DNA of 24,286 nt from Planctomycetota bacterium (GTDB lineage: Bacteria; Planctomycetota; JAJSAM01). The notes beneath the pieces are model-generated. The model was not told where the DNA came from and searched no databases. It saw only the letters and a program-made list of their open reading frames with translations. A program made the position numbers and the translations under genes. This document shows positions 23,567 through 24,286 of this stretch, in pieces. The DNA is taken from positions 691 through 24,976 of the forward strand of contig JAOZQC010000001.1 of NCBI GenBank assembly GCA_029932425.1, given 5' to 3'. Positions within the stretch are counted from its first letter, which is position 1. The number at the start of each line of letters is the position of its first letter.

Positions 23567-24286
23567 TCAGCCCGCCACCGCGAGGATGCAGGTGAGGTAG
23601 CGCCCCTCCGGGAAGTTCGCGGCCAGCGGGTGGTCCGGGGCTGCGCCCCGGACCTCGAGGATCCGGAGATCCCGGCCTCGCCGCGCCGCCGCCTCCCGGA
23701 GCACCCCGAGGAACCGGCCCGGCGAGACCCGCCCGGAGCAGCAGGAGGAGACGAGGATCCCGCCCCGGGGCAGGGCGTCCAGGGCGAGGCCGGTGAGGTC
23801 CCGGTACCGCTCCATCCCTCTCTCCTCGTCGTCCCGCCCCGAGATCCACTTCGGGGGATCGAGGAGGATCAGGTCCGCCTCCGGGCGGGCCCGGAGGACG
23901 TCGAAGGCGTCCCCGTGGTCGAACCGGACCTCCAGGCGGTTCCTCCGGGCGTTCTCCCTCGCCCGGGCCACGGCCGCCTCGTCGAGGTCCACGCCCCGGA
24001 CCTCCCGGGCCCCGGCCTTCGCGCAGGCCAGCGCGAACCCGCCGTCGTAGCAGAAGAGGTCGAGAACGCGACGCCCCCGGGCGAGGGCCGCCGCCCTCCG
24101 GCGGTTGTCGCGCTGGTCCAGGAAGGCCCCCGTCTTGTGGCCCCGGGCCAGGTCGACGCGGAAGACCAGGCCGTCGCACCGGATGTCCGCCGCGGCCTTC
24201 GGCGGCGGCTCCGGCACCCGGAACCCCTCGATGCGCTCGGCCTCCTCGTCCCTCCGGTAGAGGGCCGCGGCCCCCGGGTAGTGGCG
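23567..24286 (-). CDS. RlmI/RlmK-like class I SAM-dependent rRNA methyltransferase (5' end outside the window)
   Basis: GHKTGAFLDQRDNR, VLDLFCYDGGF, GVDLD, LILLDPPKW and SSCCSG motifs; the frame stays open to the window edge. Confidence 0.88.
   Translation of the reverse strand, partial: RHYPGAAALYRRDEEAERIEGFRVPEPPPKAAADIRCDGLVFRVDLARGHKTGAFLDQRDNRRRAAALARGRRVLDLFCYDGGFALACAKAGAREVRGVDLDEAAVARARENARRNRLEVRFDHGDAFDVLRARPEADLILLDPPKWISGRDDEERGMERYRDLTGLALDALPRGGILVSSCCSGRVSPGRFLGVLREAAARRGRDLRILEVRGAAPDHPLAANFPEGRYLTCILAVAG

Overview
GC-rich (about 70-75% in most lines) bacterial chromosomal window. A PVC-superphylum/Planctomycetota-like host is inferred from two protein types but not proven. 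Housekeeping-type genes: an ArnT-like glycosyltransferase (partial), a PAP2 phosphatase, a large divergent transketolase, rlmB, a Nudix hydrolase, a HAD hydrolase, polA, a PspC-domain protein, a DUF3108 lipoprotein, an APC permease with USP domains and an RlmI-like methyltransferase (partial). Accessory content: (1) a lower-GC dCTP-deaminase/dUTPase-fold gene that appears to lack the deaminase catalytic residues and ends in a membrane helix; (2) an orphan, internally shortened T4-gp19/CIS-type tail-tube gene; (3) a PRMT-like methyltransferase with intact double-E and THW motifs and an extra N-terminal domain; (4) a split exported protein; (5) a 5'-truncated SDR remnant. The intergenic DNA carries a dispersed 150-300 bp repeat family (at least 5 clear copies) with inverted ends, usually starting right after a stop-codon triplet. 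There is also a separate 66-bp tandem repeat built from 22-nt palindromic units. Several genes have a TANNNT box 7-9 nt before the start codon, suggesting leaderless mRNAs. No tRNA, rRNA, CRISPR array or transposase was found. Most long ORFs in the supplied track are antisense or off-frame shadows caused by high GC. All family calls are by-eye motif recognition without database searches.
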